Virus record (IMG/VR): IMGVR_UViG_3300033551_000005
Span: 1 to 59,110 of that record
Length of the DNA: 59,110 bases
Source of the DNA: a virus
Lineage: Duplodnaviria; Caudoviricetes
Strand: one strand, 5' to 3'
Positions 35,723-45,612 of the stretch are shown piece after piece (within the stretch, counting starts at the first letter, position 1; every line of letters starts with the position of its first letter). A program made the translations under genes and the position numbers. A model generated the notes under the pieces. It was not told the origin of the DNA and ran no database searches. It saw only the letters and a list, made by a program, of their open reading frames with translations.

Positions 35723-36285
35723 GCAACGACACCGTGAACCAGGCCCTCGCCGCGTACCGCGCCGCCGTCGACGAGGTGCGCCGCGCTGAGCACGAGAAGC
35801 AGAAGGCGGCCCGCGCGCTGTACGAGGCCCGACTCGCCGCCGGGCAGGAGGCCAGCCCGAACGAGACGGACACCGGCGAACCGCTGCCCAGCCGCGCCTT
35901 CCGCCACGCCATCGCGTTCGTGGGCGAGCCGACGATCGACGGCCGGACCATCCAGCGCGGCGCCGTCAACTGGCAGTTCGGGGAGCGCATCCCGGTCAGC
36001 CTCGCGCCCGACGGCGGCGTCGCCACGCCCGTCGGCTACGCGATCCCCTCGCACATCGACGACGACGGCGCCGTGCAGGCGACCATCTTCGTGGACGAGA
36101 AGACGATGGCCCTGATCACGCCGCTCAACACCGAGGTCTCCCTCGGCGTCGGGCTGGACTCGCTGGAGGCCGACCTGAGCGGCGACCACAAGGCGATGGT
36201 CGTGAAGGGCGGCCGTCTGCGCCAGGTGCTCGTGCAGGAGGGCGACAAGGCGTCCTGGCCTGGCTGCGTGGTGCGCGGCGGGTGA
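35719..36285 (+). CDS. Degenerate paralogue of the capsid maturation protease N-terminal domain
   Basis: IAFVGEPTIDGRTIQRGAVNW aligns with IGFENRATGDGRLIEANALSW of 55962-57527. Confidence 0.6.
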   Translation: MSNDTVNQALAAYRAAVDEVRRAEHEKQKAARALYEARLAAGQEASPNETDTGEPLPSRAFRHAIAFVGEPTIDGRTIQRGAVNWQFGERIPVSLAPDGGVATPVGYAIPSHIDDDGAVQATIFVDEKTMALITPLNTEVSLGVGLDSLEADLSGDHKAMVVKGGRLRQVLVQEGDKASWPGCVVRGG

Positions 36286-36494
36286 AGTACAAGGCGATCG
36301 AGCGGCGGCAGATGGGGAAGTTGAAGCGGGGGCCGACGCACTGGATGAAGGACGCCGAGACCACCTGGTGCGGGAGCCGAGCGGCGACGCGCGGAACTCG
36401 CTACAGCGAGGTCTGGGTGGACGTCCCGGCGCCGATGCCCGGCGAGAACTGCCGCCACTGCTCGGCCGCTCACGGCAAGGCGCAACGTGGTTGA
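36282..36494 (+). CDS. Small Zn-binding hypothetical protein
   Basis: THW...TWCG...NCRHC. Confidence 0.55.
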   Translation: MKYKAIERRQMGKLKRGPTHWMKDAETTWCGSRAATRGTRYSEVWVDVPAPMPGENCRHCSAAHGKAQRG

Positions 36495-36663
36495 GCCGGG
36501 CTGCTGCCCGGACTGCAAGGGCACGGGCCGGGGCGACTGGACCGAGCCGTACGGATGCACGTCCTGTTACCGAACAGGACATACCCACCTAGAAGAGGAG
36601 CCATGTGATGGACGCACGCCACGAGCAGGCGGCCAAGATGCTGCGGAAGCGCCTGGAGCGTGA
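36487..36663 (+). CDS. Possible small DnaJ-type Zn-finger protein
   Basis: CPDCKGTG...CTSCYRTG; overlaps the next ORF. Confidence 0.4.
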   Translation: MVEPGCCPDCKGTGRGDWTEPYGCTSCYRTGHTHLEEEPCDGRTPRAGGQDAAEAPGA

Positions 36664-36751
36664 GGGCCAGACGATGACGCAGAAGGAGTTCGAGGCCGCC
36701 GTGGACTACATCGTCGAGCAGGCGGACGAGAAGGGCCGCGAGCGTGGATGA
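36608..36751 (+). CDS. Small hypothetical protein
   Basis: GAGGAG RBS; MDARHEQAAKMLR. Confidence 0.5.
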   Translation: MDARHEQAAKMLRKRLEREGQTMTQKEFEAAVDYIVEQADEKGRERG

Positions 36752-36977
36752 GCCGTGCCCGACGTGCGACGTCATCGGTCCGGACCCGGACGCGTGGACG
36801 TCTTCGGCCCGCGACCTGCACCGCGCGTTCCACGACTTCTACCGGGCGTTCACGGTCGCGTTCCTCCCGGCCGTCGAACGGATGCGAGCCGCCGCCGAAC
36901 GCGAACGGCTCGCGCGCAAGGACGCCTACGTCCTGCTGAACGAGAGCGTCGCGGCGAGCCTGCGCGGCGAACGGTGA
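36744..36977 (+). CDS. Small hypothetical protein
   Basis: Overlap-coupled ORF. Confidence 0.5.
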   Translation: MDEPCPTCDVIGPDPDAWTSSARDLHRAFHDFYRAFTVAFLPAVERMRAAAERERLARKDAYVLLNESVAASLRGER

Positions 36978-37213
36978 CGGTTGCGGCCGTCATCACGGCC
37001 GCTGACGTCCGGGCCGCAGCCGTTCGCATCTGCGAACGCGACGGGATCACCGAGGGTGACCTACGCGAACGGCTGCGGCTCGGGTCGATAGCGGCCCGGA
37101 CGAAACCGTGCCGCCAGTGCGGCACGGTCTGGACGGCGGCCCGTGAGGGCGCCGCATACTGCTCCGGCTCTTGCCGTTCGCAGTGGAACCGAGAGAACGG
37201 GACGAACGAATGA
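36974..37213 (+). CDS. Small Zn-finger protein
   Basis: CRQCG...YCSGSCR. Confidence 0.55.
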   Translation: MTVAAVITAADVRAAAVRICERDGITEGDLRERLRLGSIAARTKPCRQCGTVWTAAREGAAYCSGSCRSQWNRENGTNE

Positions 37214-38277
37214 AGGTCGCAGTAATCCCCTCCGACACGGGAGCGTGCGGATACTTCCGTCTCATCTGGCCCGCCGAGGCGGTCCGTAGCGTCCGGCCCG
37301 AGTGGACCGTGAACGTTTACCGACCGCAGGACGTGAAGGTCGGCTACGGCCCGAACGGGCTCGCCGTGCAGGGCCTGGACGTTACCGACCTGGACCTTGC
37401 CGTTTTCCAGCGGGTCGGAACCGCACGGCAGGTCGAACTCGTCCGCGCCCTCCAGGCGGGCGGGATCGGGGTCGCCATCGACGTGGACGACGCGCTCTAC
37501 TGCATCGACCCGGACAGCGGCTCGTTCCCGGCCTGGAACCACAGCCGCAGCACGACGCACTGGTCGAACCTGGAGGAGGCGTGCAAGAAGGCCGACCTGG
37601 TGACCGTGACGACGGACGCGCTCGCGCGGCACTACGCGCGGCACGCTCGCGTCGAGCGCATCCCGAACGGGCTGCCGGACCGCGCCTACGTCGAGCCGAG
37701 CCCGCTCGCTGCGCTCACCGACGCCGTGACCATCGGCTGGTCCGGGGTGGCCCCCTCGCACCCGCACGATCTGGAGGTCGTGGGGACGGCCCTGGCGGAC
37801 GTTCTCGCCGAGGACCGCGAGGTCTACGTCAAGATCGTGGGCGACGGCCTGTGGGCCGCTGACGTCCTCCAGGTGCCGAGCGAGCGGCTGGTCAACAAGG
37901 ACCGCGTGCCGCTGTACGACTACCACGAGGCGCTGGCCGGGACCGACATCGGTATCGTGCCGCTGGCCGACACGAAGTTCAACGAGGCGAAGTCGAGCCT
38001 CAAGGCGCTGGAGTACATGGGCGTCGGCGCCCGCGTGATCGCGAGCCCGACCCCGGCCAACATCGAACTCAGCCTCGACACCGGCATGAGCATCGCCAAG
38101 ACGCCCGAGGCGTGGGCGACCGCGCTCCGGATGGAGATTGCCCGCGTGCGCACCGACCGCGCCGAGGGCACGGTGGGCGGCCCGTCCGTCCGCCACCTGA
38201 GCATCCTCGGAAGGGCCGAGGAGTGGGCCACCGCGTGGGAGCGCGCGGCGGCTCGGCGTAAGAACCTGACCAAGTAG
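37210..38277 (+). CDS. GT-B fold glycosyltransferase
   Basis: GACGYFRL..P, DVDD, ADLVTVTT, IGWSG..SH..DL, DIGIVPL....FNEAKSSLKALEY...IASP. Confidence 0.85.
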   Translation: MKVAVIPSDTGACGYFRLIWPAEAVRSVRPEWTVNVYRPQDVKVGYGPNGLAVQGLDVTDLDLAVFQRVGTARQVELVRALQAGGIGVAIDVDDALYCIDPDSGSFPAWNHSRSTTHWSNLEEACKKADLVTVTTDALARHYARHARVERIPNGLPDRAYVEPSPLAALTDAVTIGWSGVAPSHPHDLEVVGTALADVLAEDREVYVKIVGDGLWAADVLQVPSERLVNKDRVPLYDYHEALAGTDIGIVPLADTKFNEAKSSLKALEYMGVGARVIASPTPANIELSLDTGMSIAKTPEAWATALRMEIARVRTDRAEGTVGGPSVRHLSILGRAEEWATAWERAAARRKNLTK

Positions 38278-38285
38278 GGGGAATT

Positions 38286-38438
38286 GTGGCGAAGTTGGGC
38301 GACATCTGGAACAGCCCGGGGCGCGACTGTGGCCGGTGCGGGGGACACGGCGTCGTGCTCGGCGGCAGCCGGGCCAACCCGCAGGAGGTCCCGTGCCCGG
38401 ACTGCAACCCGGACAAGCAGCAAGGGGCGTGGGCATGA
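38286..38438 (+). CDS. Small DnaJ-type Zn-finger protein
   Basis: CGRCGGHG...CPDC. Confidence 0.5.
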   Translation: MAKLGDIWNSPGRDCGRCGGHGVVLGGSRANPQEVPCPDCNPDKQQGAWA

Positions 38439-38605
38439 GCGTTGTGATCCGGAACGTGGGCGGCGCGGCGCAGTGGACCTGCACCGTGCTCACGAACAAG
38501 GACGGCCAGAAGGCCAAGGTCAAGTGCCTGCACAAGGACGTGGCCGACACCGAGCAGAGCGCCCGGATCGCCTACGAGGCGCACAAGCGCGAGGTGCACC
38601 GGTGA
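38435..38605 (+). CDS. Small C2H2-like protein
   Basis: WTC...KC...AHKREVH. Confidence 0.55.
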   Translation: MSVVIRNVGGAAQWTCTVLTNKDGQKAKVKCLHKDVADTEQSARIAYEAHKREVHR

Positions 38606-38760
38606 CCCGCCCGGCGCCGATCTGGCGCATGGAGGCGCGCGACGTCGAGGGCGAGCCGATCATCGGCCCGTGGGAGACCAAGGTCGAGGCGGAGCAGCGC
38701 GTCGCTGACGTCGTGGACGGGCACTTCATCGTGCGCGGCAAGGCGGTCCGCCGGAAGTAG
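38602..38760 (+). CDS. Small hypothetical protein
   Basis: IIGPWETKVEAE. Confidence 0.5.
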   Translation: MTRPAPIWRMEARDVEGEPIIGPWETKVEAEQRVADVVDGHFIVRGKAVRRK

Positions 38761-38770
38761 GCCGAGCACG

Positions 38771-38813
38771 GCAGAAGGCCCCACACCCGATGGCTAGGTG
38801 TGGGGCCTTCTGC
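38771..38813. terminator. Bidirectional terminator between convergent arms
   Basis: GCAGAAGGCCCCACACC...GGTGTGGGGCCTTCTGC. Confidence 0.75.
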
Positions 38814-38839
38814 TGATGGCGGAGATGCCGTGTCCGATG

Positions 38840-39244
38840 CTACGCCCCGTCCGGCGGGGGTGCTTGCCGGGACACGCTCGTGGCGATGTGGACGTCGAGC
38901 CGCTGCGACAGGGTGCGCACGTCGGTGCGCACGCCCTCCGTCTCCTGGCGAGACGCTGAGCGGTCGTCCTGCACGGTCTTCGCGAGCGCGGTCTGCGTGG
39001 CCGCGAGCGTCTGCACGGCCTCGGTCATCGCCTCGCCCTGGAGCCGGATGGCCGTCACCTCGTCGCGCAGGTTGGGGTACTCGGTGTTGATGTGGCTGTT
39101 CTCCGTCTGGCCGAGCACGCGATCGAGGCGCGGCTTGATCGCCCGCCACAGCAGGAACAGGCCGAGCAACAGCAGCGCGCTGCCGATCGAGGTAATCAGG
39201 CCAGTTACGGAGTCCGGTTCCATGATCTTTTCCAGTAGGTCCAT
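38840..39244 (-). CDS. DUF2746-like membrane protein
   Basis: One TM helix followed by QTENSH....NLRDE coiled coil; leaderless start. Confidence 0.7.
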   Translation of the reverse strand: MDLLEKIMEPDSVTGLITSIGSALLLLGLFLLWRAIKPRLDRVLGQTENSHINTEYPNLRDEVTAIRLQGEAMTEAVQTLAATQTALAKTVQDDRSASRQETEGVRTDVRTLSQRLDVHIATSVSRQAPPPDGA

Positions 39245-39297
39245 GGTCTGAGGCTAAGCGCTTACCGGCGGGCGAATCCGCCGGTCAGCGGGTGAAA

Positions 39298-39744
39298 TTA
39301 CGCCTTGGTGAAGGAGAAGTTCACGCTCACCGAGTTCGTGTGCGTTGCCGTGTTGCACCGCACCTGGATACCGCCGTTCGACTGGATCGCCACCCGGAAC
39401 AGGTTCGCCGCCGAGGTCGCGCCGCTCGCCCCGATCCAGATGAGCGAGACGTCCGGCCGGAGGTCCGCCGGAATGCCGCCCACGACCACGGGCATCTGGA
39501 GGCTGTTGGCAGCGCCCCAGTTCGTGTCCGTCGACAGGGTGCCCTGGAACTGCACCGTATCCCCGATCCGGCGAGCGATCAGCGCAGAGGTGAACCCGGC
39601 CGCCGCCGGGATCGAGACGGGGCCGGAGTCGGGGATGAGCGGCTGGTACGTGCGGATCTTCCGCTCCAGCGCCGAGATGCGCTTGCGGTAGTCGTCCAGC
39701 ATCCCGTCGATGTCGTACCGGCGCGGGGTGGTGTTCGAGGTCAT
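39298..39744 (-). CDS. Minor tail / receptor-binding-like protein
   Basis: RISALER helix then RRIGDTVQFQG...IPADLRP beta-domain. Confidence 0.7.
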   Translation of the reverse strand: MTSNTTPRRYDIDGMLDDYRKRISALERKIRTYQPLIPDSGPVSIPAAAGFTSALIARRIGDTVQFQGTLSTDTNWGAANSLQMPVVVGGIPADLRPDVSLIWIGASGATSAANLFRVAIQSNGGIQVRCNTATHTNSVSVNFSFTKA

Positions 39745-40997
39745 CAGCAGTCCTCGCAGTCGGTGGGCTGGGCGGAGAGCGGGCTGCCCGGGAACGAGTC
39801 GGACATCAACTGCGCGGTCACCTGCTCCGGCCCCTCCTGCCCGACGGAGACGGACACTCGGTTGATGGTCAGGCGGTCGGTGCCCGCGCCGGGGATGTCC
39901 GGCCCGGAGACGATCCGCCAGTTGGGCGAGTCGATGTCCACGTTCATCACGTAGCCGGGCAGCAGGTCGTCCAGGCTGAGCGGCGCGACGCCGCCCCCGG
40001 AGCCGTAGTCGAGGCCGGTGAAATGGCACTGGAGGCCGAGCGCCGCGAACATGTGGTCCTGCTGGTAGCCCGCCGCGTTGGCCCCGAGCGTGATCAGGTT
40101 CGTCACGCCGTCGAACGACGGAGCGGCGTCGAAGCGCGGCTCGAACGGCAGAGGGCTGTTCGCCGTCGCGATCAGCGGCGTGCCGTCGTCCTGCGGGTCA
40201 CCGAAGGCGTCGATCTGGTTCGCCGTCTCGTTGCCGTCCACGTCCACCTTGAAGTCCGTCAGGTGATCCCAGGTGATGAACTTCGCAGGAGAATCCTGTG
40301 CGACCGTGTCAAAGAATCCCATTTCGGAATACCAGTTGTCCGTCAGCCCAGGAATGCCCGCCGTGCGGTAGTGGAACATCTGGTAAATCGGGCCGTTCTC
40401 CACCCCGATCAACTGCTTGAGGAGTTCACCGATGATCGGCCGGTCCTGCGCTAGATAGGTGCGGTCCCGGTTGAATGCCGTAGCCCCGAACCCGCCGATG
40501 AGAGGAATTCCGAGCGGCGGGGCCGGGTCAACGCTGCCGCCGTTGATGTTCTCGCCCCGCGCGTACATCACCAGGTCGCGAGCAATGGACACCTGCGACT
40601 CAGCGGTGAATGTCAGATCGGAGCGGATCATCCGGTAGTCGAGGTACTTCTGCATCTCGGCAAAGCCCAGCGTGATGGTGCCGTCGCTGTTTCCCTGGAA
40701 CGTCTCGACGTATCCACCGAACATGTTCACGGGGTTGTTCGGGGTGGCCCCGCCACCGTGAACCCGCTGGAAGAAGATGCCGGTGGTGCGCGGCATGCAG
40801 TCACTCGCGGAGATGAACGCCGAGGTCACCTGCGGGTCGTTGCCTCGCCGGTTGAATGTGATGTTGCCGCGCCCGGCCTCCAGGAATACGGACTCGAACT
40901 CGAAGGACACCGGGATGACCGTGTGCGTAATTGCCCCGGTCAACAGGTCGGTCAGTTCCACGCGCCAGTTCGGCGCGCACGCGCATACCTGGGCCAT
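39744..40997 (-). CDS. Minor tail protein (baseplate hub-like)
   Basis: WRVELTDLLTG...; position downstream of the distal tail gene. Confidence 0.8.
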   Translation of the reverse strand: MAQVCACAPNWRVELTDLLTGAITHTVIPVSFEFESVFLEAGRGNITFNRRGNDPQVTSAFISASDCMPRTTGIFFQRVHGGGATPNNPVNMFGGYVETFQGNSDGTITLGFAEMQKYLDYRMIRSDLTFTAESQVSIARDLVMYARGENINGGSVDPAPPLGIPLIGGFGATAFNRDRTYLAQDRPIIGELLKQLIGVENGPIYQMFHYRTAGIPGLTDNWYSEMGFFDTVAQDSPAKFITWDHLTDFKVDVDGNETANQIDAFGDPQDDGTPLIATANSPLPFEPRFDAAPSFDGVTNLITLGANAAGYQQDHMFAALGLQCHFTGLDYGSGGGVAPLSLDDLLPGYVMNVDIDSPNWRIVSGPDIPGAGTDRLTINRVSVSVGQEGPEQVTAQLMSDSFPGSPLSAQPTDCEDC

Positions 40998-43087
40998 CAG
41001 CCGCTCACCACCGCGTTCTCCCAGACGACGTTGACGAAGCCGGTGTCCGTCGGGTCGCCGGTCTGCACCGTGACGTCGTGCACGCCCGGCTCCAGCGGCG
41101 AGGAGAAGTCGCCCTCGATGTTGGCCGTCACATCCTCGAAGCCGTCCGAGGCTCGGCCGTACTTGGTGTCCACGGTGATGACCGTACCGATGGGGATGTC
41201 CTCCGTGTAGGTGAACTGGTGGTTGCCGTACGTGACGAGGATCGGCGCCGTCATCTCCGGGAACAGGGTGATTTCGGGGTAGACGCACAGCGAGCCCACC
41301 ACCTCCACCGTGAGCGGGTCGGCCGCCGTCGGGCCGACACTCATCCAGGGCAGCGCAAGGTCGAGCACCTGGTCAGTGAGCGCCGTGCCGGTCCACACGA
41401 GGCGCGGCTGCGCGAACGCCGCGCCGACGGGCGCCACGTTCGTCTGCGAGAAGCGCTGCCACGCCGCGCCGGGCGACATCGACGATCCGTTGTTCACGGA
41501 CAGCGGCGCGCCGCCGCCGTCGTACCACTGCCAGTCCAAGCGCGAGGCCGGGCCGCCGCCGGGCGCCTTCCGAGCCCACCACGCCACCGTGTAGGTCGTC
41601 CCGGCGACGACCGGGATCGCTGACAGCCCCGACCCGGACAGCACCATCAGCATGGGCGACGTCGTGTTCGGCGCGATGATCACGCGCCGGAAGTACGGAC
41701 CTCCGTCGGGACCGGACGGACCGCCGGACTGCGGGTACGAGTCGTCCACCGTGGCGCCGTTGAGCGTCATGCTCCGGCTGGACAGGTCCGGGTCGGGGAT
41801 GAGGTTCTGCTCGGTGGCGTCGATGGACTGGACGTGCTCCGTGGTCCACAGCGCGCCGGGGATCGTGTCGCCCAGCACGAGGCGAGCGTCCGCCGCGTCG
41901 AACCGCAGCAGCACGGTGGCCCCGCCGATGTCCGAGCGGTTCCACGTCACCTCTGCGACGCGCGGTCGGCCGTGCACGAAGTACGGCCCCTGGTAGACGC
42001 GCTCCTCCTCGGTGGCGTCGGGGTCGTGGCAGTCGGTGAACAGCACGAGCGTGGCGCCGGTGCAGTTGCGGGACCACTCCTGCGTGAGCCGGGAGACCTT
42101 CTTGCGGGCGCTCATCTTCTCGGCCACGAACGGCTGGAGGTACGCGGGCGAGACCACGGTCCACGGGTTGCCCTGCGCGTCCACGAACGCCGTCGTGTAG
42201 GGCGGCTGGTCGAAGATCGGGTTGGCGACGATCGTCCCGTCGATGCCGCTGCGGATGCGCACCTCAAACACGCGGCCGGGGAACCGCTCCGAGCCGCCCG
42301 AGTTGTACGCCCCGACGGCTACCTCCGCCGTCGAGTTGTAGATCGAGGTGACGCCCGCCTGCACCACGGTGGCGCCGAGTTGCGTCCAGGTGACGCCGTC
42401 GGGACTGGTGTAGAAAAGGATGCTCCGGCCACCCGCGCCGTTGTCCACGTCGATGATGTACCGCAGCCAGATGCCCTCGCCGTCGGCCACCACCGGGATT
42501 GCCGTCGAGGACGCAGACAGCGTCGTCGTGCCGTCCGGCGACCAGAAGAACCCCAGCGTGCCGGTGGTGTTGACGCGCGTCGTCCAGGCGCGGTCCTGCG
42601 TGGGCGAGGTGATCCACTTGCTCACCGGCGCCGCCGAGCCCGACGGCGTCCAGTCATCCATCGCGAGGTAGACGGACACGTCGAGGTCGCCCGTGATGTC
42701 GAGCGCCGGAGCGTCCGGGGTGCGGGCGCGCCCAGGGCTCACGCCGTCGAGCACGAGCGCAGCCTGCACCTCGGGCGCGTTGTTGCACCCCGGGCAGTCG
42801 TCGTTCTTCACCTCCACCTGGAGCGTGATCTGCCGGGGCTCGTAGTAGTCCGCGAACTGCACGACGCCGTCGCGCTGCGCGAACGCGACGTCACCGTTGC
42901 GCACCGGAGGCACGCCGAGCCCGTCCGGCGGGAGGTTCAGGAAGCCGAGCGGGACCGTCGGCAGGTAGGGCTCCACCGCGTCCCCGCCGGACAGGCTGAT
43001 GCCCTGCTCCTGCGCCTGGAGGTCGCCGGTCGTGTCCTTGCCGTCCTGGTACAGGGCGATGCCCCAGGCCCCGCTGTTGCCGCTCAT
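40997..43087 (-). CDS. Distal tail protein with inserted LamG-like and CBM-like domains
   Basis: Dit-like ends (PRQITL; LEPGVH...VVWENA); inserts RTPDAPALDITGDLD... and NLIPDP...VVAGTTYTV. Confidence 0.75.
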   Translation of the reverse strand: MSGNSGAWGIALYQDGKDTTGDLQAQEQGISLSGGDAVEPYLPTVPLGFLNLPPDGLGVPPVRNGDVAFAQRDGVVQFADYYEPRQITLQVEVKNDDCPGCNNAPEVQAALVLDGVSPGRARTPDAPALDITGDLDVSVYLAMDDWTPSGSAAPVSKWITSPTQDRAWTTRVNTTGTLGFFWSPDGTTTLSASSTAIPVVADGEGIWLRYIIDVDNGAGGRSILFYTSPDGVTWTQLGATVVQAGVTSIYNSTAEVAVGAYNSGGSERFPGRVFEVRIRSGIDGTIVANPIFDQPPYTTAFVDAQGNPWTVVSPAYLQPFVAEKMSARKKVSRLTQEWSRNCTGATLVLFTDCHDPDATEEERVYQGPYFVHGRPRVAEVTWNRSDIGGATVLLRFDAADARLVLGDTIPGALWTTEHVQSIDATEQNLIPDPDLSSRSMTLNGATVDDSYPQSGGPSGPDGGPYFRRVIIAPNTTSPMLMVLSGSGLSAIPVVAGTTYTVAWWARKAPGGGPASRLDWQWYDGGGAPLSVNNGSSMSPGAAWQRFSQTNVAPVGAAFAQPRLVWTGTALTDQVLDLALPWMSVGPTAADPLTVEVVGSLCVYPEITLFPEMTAPILVTYGNHQFTYTEDIPIGTVITVDTKYGRASDGFEDVTANIEGDFSSPLEPGVHDVTVQTGDPTDTGFVNVVWENAVVSG

Positions 43088-45606
43088 CGAGCCACCCCGC
43101 CGATCCTCTCGGTGCGCGACTGCGTCGCGTAACGGACGTTCCAGTTGATTTCGGCCAAGCGGCCACCCGACGTCGTCGGGCCAAAGAACTGCTGCGTGAC
43201 CGCCACGTCGCCTCCCCGGTTCGTCACCTGGGCCGGGGCCACGTTCGACCCCGTAGCCTGCGCTGTGCGCCGCAGAGGCGCGAGCGCAGCGCCGCCGGGG
43301 GCCACGGGCGCCAGAGCCTTCTCCATCGCCCTGGCGGGCACACGCACGTTCTGCGTGATGCCGTCCCCGACCATCTCTGCGATCTTCCGGCCGGACTGCT
43401 CCGGGTTGCCGAGGCCGGACAGCGGCCCCTCCTTGGCGGGCGAGAACGGCAGGTAGGCGCGGATCGTGCCCGCGAGGTTGCCCGCCGCCGAGGCGACTCG
43501 GCCGATCATGGCGTTGATGCCGTCGATGAGCCCCTGCACCACGTTCCGGCCCGCCTGGTACAGCAGTCCACCCAGGTTGCCGAGCGCGTTCCGGATGCGG
43601 CCGGGCAGCCCCGAGAAGAACCCGACCACCCGCCCGACGCCGCGTCCGGCCGAGGTGGCGAGGCGGCTGAACCCGTTGCTGAACAGCGTGCTCGCCGTCG
43701 ACCACAGGGCGCGCACGAACGCGAGCGCGCGGTTCCGCAGGTTGAGGAACCCGTTCACCACCCGGGTCACCCACGAGAGCACGCCGGTGATGACCCGGAC
43801 CTGGAACTGCGTGAAGTTCTGCACGACGCCGTTCCACCAGTTGCGGACGAGGGTGAGCACCTGCTTCCCGCCGTTGTTGAAGTAGTTCTTGATGGTGTTC
43901 CACAGGAACTCCACGACGCTGCCGAGAATGTCCACGACGCCCTCGGCAATCTGCACGAGGCCGGACCATGCCTTGTCCCAATCACCGGTAAAGACACCGG
44001 TGAGGAAGGTAATCAGGCCGCCGAGAATGTCGAAGATTCCGCCCACTACGTCCACAATCAGGTTGATTGCATTGACGACCTGAGCGCCGAATACCGTGAG
44101 GAACACGTCAAGGATCGGCATGAGCACCGGGATCAGGCCGGAGATAGCCGGGTACAGGTTCTCCATGAACAGCCCGGCGATCCGGCTGATCGCCCCGCCG
44201 AGCGCCGTCAGGATCGTGCTCACGAGCGGCGCGAGCGCGCCCACGAGGCCGACCACCAACTGGATGATGACGCCGATCACGGGCGCGAGCGCGGTCAGCG
44301 CCCCGCCGACGGCCTGCCCGAGCACGGCGGCGAGCGGGAGAAGGATGTTACGGAGCGCTGCAATCTGGGGCAGCAGTGCGCCGACGACGGCGAAGATGCC
44401 CTGGAAGATGGGCACGATGACGCCGCCCAACTGCCGGATCGCCTCGCCGCTCTGCTGGATCAGGCCAAAGAACGCCTGGAGGCCCTGCTGCGCCTCGGCC
44501 GTCTGGAGGAAGGCGGCCAGTTGCCCGGTCGCCTGCTCCAGGATGTTCAGCAGCGTGGCGCCCTGCTCGGCCCCGGCACCGAACACGGTGACGAGGATCG
44601 AGCCGACGTTGCCGATGATGCCCACGAGCGTGCCCAGGATGGCGTTGCTGCCCCGCAGGAAGGCGTTCAACTGCCCGCTCTGCGCGACGCCCTCGGCCCA
44701 CCCCGCGAACGCCTCGGCGCCGGTGCTGATGGCGCGAGCCATCTCGGTGGCCGGGCCGATGCTGCCGCCGAACAGCGCGAAGAACCCACGCGCGATCGAG
44801 CCGACGGCGGGCAGGATGGCGGCGAGCGTGTCGTTGAGCCCGCCCAGGATCGCGTCGATCTGGCGGACACGGGTGCCCTCGGTGGCCCACGCGGTGAACC
44901 CCCGGATCGTGCCGTTGAGGATGCCCGCCGTCTCCGTCAGCGAGGACTGGAGCACGGGCAGGAACGTCTCCCCGATGCGCGAGATGTCCTCGCCCACGCC
45001 CTGGAAGAACCGACCCTGGATCGAGCGCTGCACGCCCTCCCACGCGGGGCCGAGGGCGGTCACGGCGGAGACTACCTGGCGAGCCGAGGGCGCCAGGTTC
45101 TTCATCGCGGCGTCGAGTTCCTTCTGCGTCTCGGCCGAGACGGCGCCGGTCGAGGCCAGTTCCTCCTGCGCCTTGCTCTGCGCATCGAACGCCTCGGTCA
45201 GGCCCTGGCTCGCGATCTGCGTCGTCGCGGCGGCGAGCCCGAGCGAGGCGAAGATCGTGCCCGCCGAGAGCGCGCCGCCTGCTGCCTGCCCGAGCGCGCC
45301 GCCGACGGCGACCGCCCCGGCGACGATGCCGCCGAGCAGCGCGGGGATCGGGACGATCGCCCCGATGAGCCCCGCCCCCGCGCCGCCGACCTTCGCCAGC
45401 GAGAACTCCAACTGCCCGAACGTGCTGATGGCGTCCTCGTTGCGGGAGGCGCCCCGGCCGATGCCCTTCGACAGGCTCGTGCCGATCTTGTCGCCCTCCT
45501 GCTCGGCGTTGCGCGCCGCCCGGCGGGTGCCGCGAACGAGGTCGCGGTCCAGGTCGTCGAGGTCGGCACCCACCTCGATTACTGCCTCACCGAGAGACTG
45601 CGCCAC
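43084..45606 (-). CDS. Tape measure protein
   Basis: 840 aa, Ala/Gly-rich, GVFTGDWDKAW, LPFSPAKEGP. Confidence 0.9.
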   Translation of the reverse strand: MAQSLGEAVIEVGADLDDLDRDLVRGTRRAARNAEQEGDKIGTSLSKGIGRGASRNEDAISTFGQLEFSLAKVGGAGAGLIGAIVPIPALLGGIVAGAVAVGGALGQAAGGALSAGTIFASLGLAAATTQIASQGLTEAFDAQSKAQEELASTGAVSAETQKELDAAMKNLAPSARQVVSAVTALGPAWEGVQRSIQGRFFQGVGEDISRIGETFLPVLQSSLTETAGILNGTIRGFTAWATEGTRVRQIDAILGGLNDTLAAILPAVGSIARGFFALFGGSIGPATEMARAISTGAEAFAGWAEGVAQSGQLNAFLRGSNAILGTLVGIIGNVGSILVTVFGAGAEQGATLLNILEQATGQLAAFLQTAEAQQGLQAFFGLIQQSGEAIRQLGGVIVPIFQGIFAVVGALLPQIAALRNILLPLAAVLGQAVGGALTALAPVIGVIIQLVVGLVGALAPLVSTILTALGGAISRIAGLFMENLYPAISGLIPVLMPILDVFLTVFGAQVVNAINLIVDVVGGIFDILGGLITFLTGVFTGDWDKAWSGLVQIAEGVVDILGSVVEFLWNTIKNYFNNGGKQVLTLVRNWWNGVVQNFTQFQVRVITGVLSWVTRVVNGFLNLRNRALAFVRALWSTASTLFSNGFSRLATSAGRGVGRVVGFFSGLPGRIRNALGNLGGLLYQAGRNVVQGLIDGINAMIGRVASAAGNLAGTIRAYLPFSPAKEGPLSGLGNPEQSGRKIAEMVGDGITQNVRVPARAMEKALAPVAPGGAALAPLRRTAQATGSNVAPAQVTNRGGDVAVTQQFFGPTTSGGRLAEINWNVRYATQSRTERIGGVAR

Positions 45607-45612
45607 CCCGGA

